From Alphaproteobacteria bacterium (GTDB lineage: Bacteria; Pseudomonadota; Alphaproteobacteria; GCA-2731375), in assembly GCA_965225945.1 (NCBI GenBank), contig CBDDBZ010000036.1, positions 96,001 to 160,000 of the forward strand: a DNA stretch of 64,000 nucleotides, written 5' to 3'. The stretch's first letter is position 1. The number at the start of each line of letters is the position of its first letter. Position numbers and translations under genes: made by a program. Below are positions 60,962 to 64,000 of the stretch, piece by piece. Under the pieces are notes generated by a model. It worked only from the letters and a program-made list of their open reading frames with translations, did not search any database and was not told the DNA's origin.

Positions 60962-61855
60962 ATGACGCAGATCACGGCGGCGCAGGTGAAGGCGCTTCGC
61001 GATCAGACCGGGGCCGGCATGATGGACTGCAAGAAGGCCCTGACGGTAACCGCGGGCGATATCGAGGCCGCCACCGACTGGCTGCGCGCCAAGGGCTTGG
61101 CGGCGGCGCAGAAAAAGGCGGCTCGGGTCGCCGCCGAGGGCCTGATCGCGGTCCGGGTCGATGCCGGTCGGGGTGGCATGGTCGAGATCAACTCGGAGAC
61201 CGATTTCGTCGCCCGCAACGAGGACTTCCAGTCCTTCGTCGAGCATGTCGCGGACATGGTCAACGCCTGCGAGGGCGACACCGAGGCCCTCAAGAAGCTC
61301 GGCTATCCGGACGCCGGCCACAGCGTCGAGGAGGAGTTGACCCGCCTCGTCGGCACCATCGGCGAGAACTTGCGAATTCGCCGCGCGACCAGCATCGCCG
61401 TCGGCGCGGGCGTCGTCGGCAGCTATGTGCATTCGGCGGTCAAGCCGGGCCTCGGGCGGATCGGCGTCTTGGTCGGGCTCGAGTCCGAGGGCGAGGCGGC
61501 GCCGTTGGAGGCGCTCGCCAAGCAGGTGGCGATGCACGTCGCGGCCACGGCGCCACAATCGGTGGACGTCGATTCGCTGGCGCCGGAGGTGGTCGAGCGC
61601 GAACGCGCGGTGCTGACCGAGCAGGCCCGCGACAGCGGCCGGCCCGACGATATCATCCAGAAGATGGTCGACGGCCGGATGCGCAAGTTTTATCAGGAAT
61701 CGGTACTGCTGGAGCAGACCTGGGTGCATGACTCGGATCTCACGGTGGCCAAGGCGATCGCGAGAGCGGAGACGGAAGTCGGCGCCGAGATCAGCGTCGC
61801 CATGTTCCAGCGCTTCGTCCTCGGCGAGGGCATCGAGGCCGCCGCCGAGGGGTAA
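60962..61855 (+). CDS. tsf: Elongation factor Ts
   Basis: LRDQTGAGMMDCKKAL, EINSETDFVARN, IGENL, AMHVAA. Confidence 0.97.
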   Translation: MTQITAAQVKALRDQTGAGMMDCKKALTVTAGDIEAATDWLRAKGLAAAQKKAARVAAEGLIAVRVDAGRGGMVEINSETDFVARNEDFQSFVEHVADMVNACEGDTEALKKLGYPDAGHSVEEELTRLVGTIGENLRIRRATSIAVGAGVVGSYVHSAVKPGLGRIGVLVGLESEGEAAPLEALAKQVAMHVAATAPQSVDVDSLAPEVVERERAVLTEQARDSGRPDDIIQKMVDGRMRKFYQESVLLEQTWVHDSDLTVAKAIARAETEVGAEISVAMFQRFVLGEGIEAAAEG

Positions 61856-62018
61856 CTCGGCGCGGCCACCTCCGACGCCTTCGCTGGCTCTTGAATTTCG
61901 TGTAAGGTGACCCGATAAACACGTGATTCCCGTAGTCGCGACGACTAGGCGAATAGCCGCTCGGGGCGACGGGGAGGGCGGGGCATCGATGACGTCACCG
62001 GCCCGAAGGGGAGGCCCC

Positions 62019-62777
62019 ATGTCACGTAGCGAGCCGAAACTAGCCGAGGCGGCGGCCGACGTCCCGCGATACCGCCGCGTCCTGTTGAAGGTTTCGGGCG
62101 AGGCGCTCATGGGCGAGGCGAATTACGGCATCGATTACGCCGTGGCGCGCCGGATCGCCGAGGACATTCGCGACGTGCGCGATCAGGGCGTGGAGGTATG
62201 CCTGGTCATCGGTGGCGGCAACATCTTTCGCGGCGTCTCGGGCGCGACGCTCGGCATGTCGCGCGCGAACGCCGACTACATGGGCATGATGGCGACGGTC
62301 ATCAACGCGCTGGCGCTCCAGAATGCGTTGGAACAGGCCGGTCTGGACACTCGGGTGCAGTCGGCGATCCCGATGGACACCGTGTGCGAGCCCTACATCC
62401 GCCGTCGCGCCATGCGCCATATGGAGCGGGGCCGCATCGTGATCTTCGCCGCCGGCACCGGCAATCCCTTCTTCACCACGGATACCACGGCGGCGTTGCG
62501 CGCGGCGGAAATGGAGTGCGACGCGTTGTTGAAAGGCACCCAGGTAGACGGTGTCTACAGCGCCGACCCACAAGTCGATCCCGACGCGAAGCGTTACGAA
62601 CGCCTGACATATCATGAGGTGCTGGCGCTCGACCTCAAGGTCATGGACGCCTCGGCGATCTCGCTCGCGCGGGAGAACGAGATCCCCATTTTGGTCTTTT
62701 CGGTGCGTCAGGAGGGCGCCTTCAAGGCGGTGTTGAGCGGTCGCGGGCGCTTCACCATCGTCGGAGGAGGGGATTAG
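62019..62777 (+). CDS. pyrH: UMP kinase
   Basis: [30 protein letters not shown]. Confidence 0.97.
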   Translation: MSRSEPKLAEAAADVPRYRRVLLKVSGEALMGEANYGIDYAVARRIAEDIRDVRDQGVEVCLVIGGGNIFRGVSGATLGMSRANADYMGMMATVINALALQNALEQAGLDTRVQSAIPMDTVCEPYIRRRAMRHMERGRIVIFAAGTGNPFFTTDTTAALRAAEMECDALLKGTQVDGVYSADPQVDPDAKRYERLTYHEVLALDLKVMDASAISLARENEIPILVFSVRQEGAFKAVLSGRGRFTIVGGGD

Positions 62778-62780
62778 CGC

Positions 62781-63338
62781 ATGGCGGATCCGGATCTCGA
62801 TGATATCGAACGGCGGATGAACGGCGCGCGTGAGGTCCTGCGCTCGGAGTTCGGCGGCCTGAGGACCGGCCGGGCCTCGGCGAGCCTGTTGGACCCGATC
62901 ATGGTGGATGCTTATGGCGCGCAAATGCCGCTCAACCAGGTCGGCACGGTGAGCGTGCCCGAGCCGCGCATGATCTCGGTCCAGGTCTGGGACGGGAGCT
63001 TGGTGCGCGCCGTCGAGAAGGCGATCCGCAACTCCGGGCTCGGCCTCAACCCGATCGTCGACGGCCAGATGCTCCGCCTGCCGATCCCGGAACTCACCGA
63101 GGAGCGGCGGCAGGAGATCAGCAAGATCGCCGCGCGCTATACCGAGCAGGCACGGATCGCGGTCCGCAACGTGCGCCGCGACGGCATGGACAAACTGAAG
63201 CGCCTGGAGCGGGAGGGCGAGATCAGCCAGGATGAACAGCACGCGTACGGTGATGATATCCAGACGCTTACCGATGACATCATCGCCAACATCGATCTCC
63301 TTCTCGAGGAGAAGGAAAAGGAGATCATGCAGGTCTGA
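62781..63338 (+). CDS. frr: Ribosome recycling factor
   Basis: [24 protein letters not shown]. Confidence 0.97.
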   Translation: MADPDLDDIERRMNGAREVLRSEFGGLRTGRASASLLDPIMVDAYGAQMPLNQVGTVSVPEPRMISVQVWDGSLVRAVEKAIRNSGLGLNPIVDGQMLRLPIPELTEERRQEISKIAARYTEQARIAVRNVRRDGMDKLKRLEREGEISQDEQHAYGDDIQTLTDDIIANIDLLLEEKEKEIMQV

Positions 63339-63341
63339 GCC

Positions 63342-64000
63342 ATGGCCAAACCCTCTCCCAGAACCGCCGCCCCGACGGCGCCCCGCCACGTCGCCATTAT
63401 CATGGACGGCAACGGGCGTTGGGCGAAGGCCAGGGGGCTGCCCAGAATCGCCGGGCACCAGAGGGGTGCCGAGTCGGTGCGCCGGACGGTCGAGGCGGCG
63501 CGGGAGCTCGGCATCGGCTATCTGACGCTTTACGCCTTCTCCTCGGAGAACTGGAAACGCCCGCCGGCCGAGGTGGACGATCTCATGGGACTCTTGCGGC
63601 TCTACTTGAGGCGGGAACTGGCGGAGCTCGACAGGAATGACGTGCGGATACGTTTCATTGGCGATCGCGATCGCCTGGCCGGAGACATCGTCGAGCTGAT
63701 CATCGAGGCCGAGGAGAGGACCGGGGGCAATCAGTCGTTGACCCTGATGATCGCGCTCAATTACGGCAGCCACGCCGAGATCGCGCGTGCCGCGCGGGCG
63801 CTCGCCAGCGAGGCGTGTCGGGGCCTGATCGACCCCGAGACGATCGACGAGGAGACCTTCGCGCGCAAGCTCCACACGACCGGCATTCCCGATCCCGATC
63901 TCGTGATCCGCACGAGCGGCGAGCAACGTTTGAGCAACTTCCTACTGTGGCAGGCCGCCTATGCCGAGCTCGTCTTCATGGACACGCTCTGGCCGGATTT
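63342..64000 (+). CDS. uppS: Undecaprenyl diphosphate synthase (runs off the window end)
   Basis: [40 protein letters not shown]; follows frr. Confidence 0.95.
   Translation, partial: MAKPSPRTAAPTAPRHVAIIMDGNGRWAKARGLPRIAGHQRGAESVRRTVEAARELGIGYLTLYAFSSENWKRPPAEVDDLMGLLRLYLRRELAELDRNDVRIRFIGDRDRLAGDIVELIIEAEERTGGNQSLTLMIALNYGSHAEIARAARALASEACRGLIDPETIDEETFARKLHTTGIPDPDLVIRTSGEQRLSNFLLWQAAYAELVFMDTLWPD

Noticed and set aside
1-64000. tRNA or rRNA genes
   Set aside because: None were recognised by eye in the intergenic regions; a covariance-model scan would be needed to exclude small ncRNAs.

Overview
This is a high-GC alphaproteobacterial chromosome segment, Rhodospirillales/Caulobacter-like in gene content. 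The right half (about 33.5-64 kb) is mostly housekeeping: modABC, hisI, metC, a GMC oxidoreductase, aapJQMP, tyrS, anmK, erpA, dgt, argS, SPOR, nagZ, S2P, scpAB, tatABC, rpsB, tsf, pyrH, frr and uppS. The left half is an accessory patchwork of hydrolases, gene fragments, higBA and many IS elements: four IS1595, one IS256, one IS4, one IS630 and one IS1182 (a second IS630 lies between rpsB and tsf). It also holds a decayed TIR-flanked Y1/HUH transposase and MITE-like palindromes. Main observations: (1) A ParA-family ATPase ends in a Cle-type arginine-rich YFGPDRRR...GPERR motif (putative c-di-GMP binding) and is paired with a double ribbon-helix-helix protein. (2) A 751-bp unit bounded by perfect 41-bp inverted repeats (17426-18176) reappears inverted and interleaved with a 17-mer tandem array at 45.2-45.9 kb, which is either a hypervariable locus or a collapsed assembly consensus. 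(3) A TIR-bounded HUH transposase abuts a ~255-bp direct duplication. (4) An IS1595 composite transposon (TSD TTTTGAAA) carrying MetE-II and a methyltransferase separates a sigma54 flagellin promoter from its putative enhancers, in a GT41/flagellin/flbT/flaF locus hit by six IS copies. Several single-base frameshifts suggest long-read consensus errors. All calls were made by eye, without database searches.
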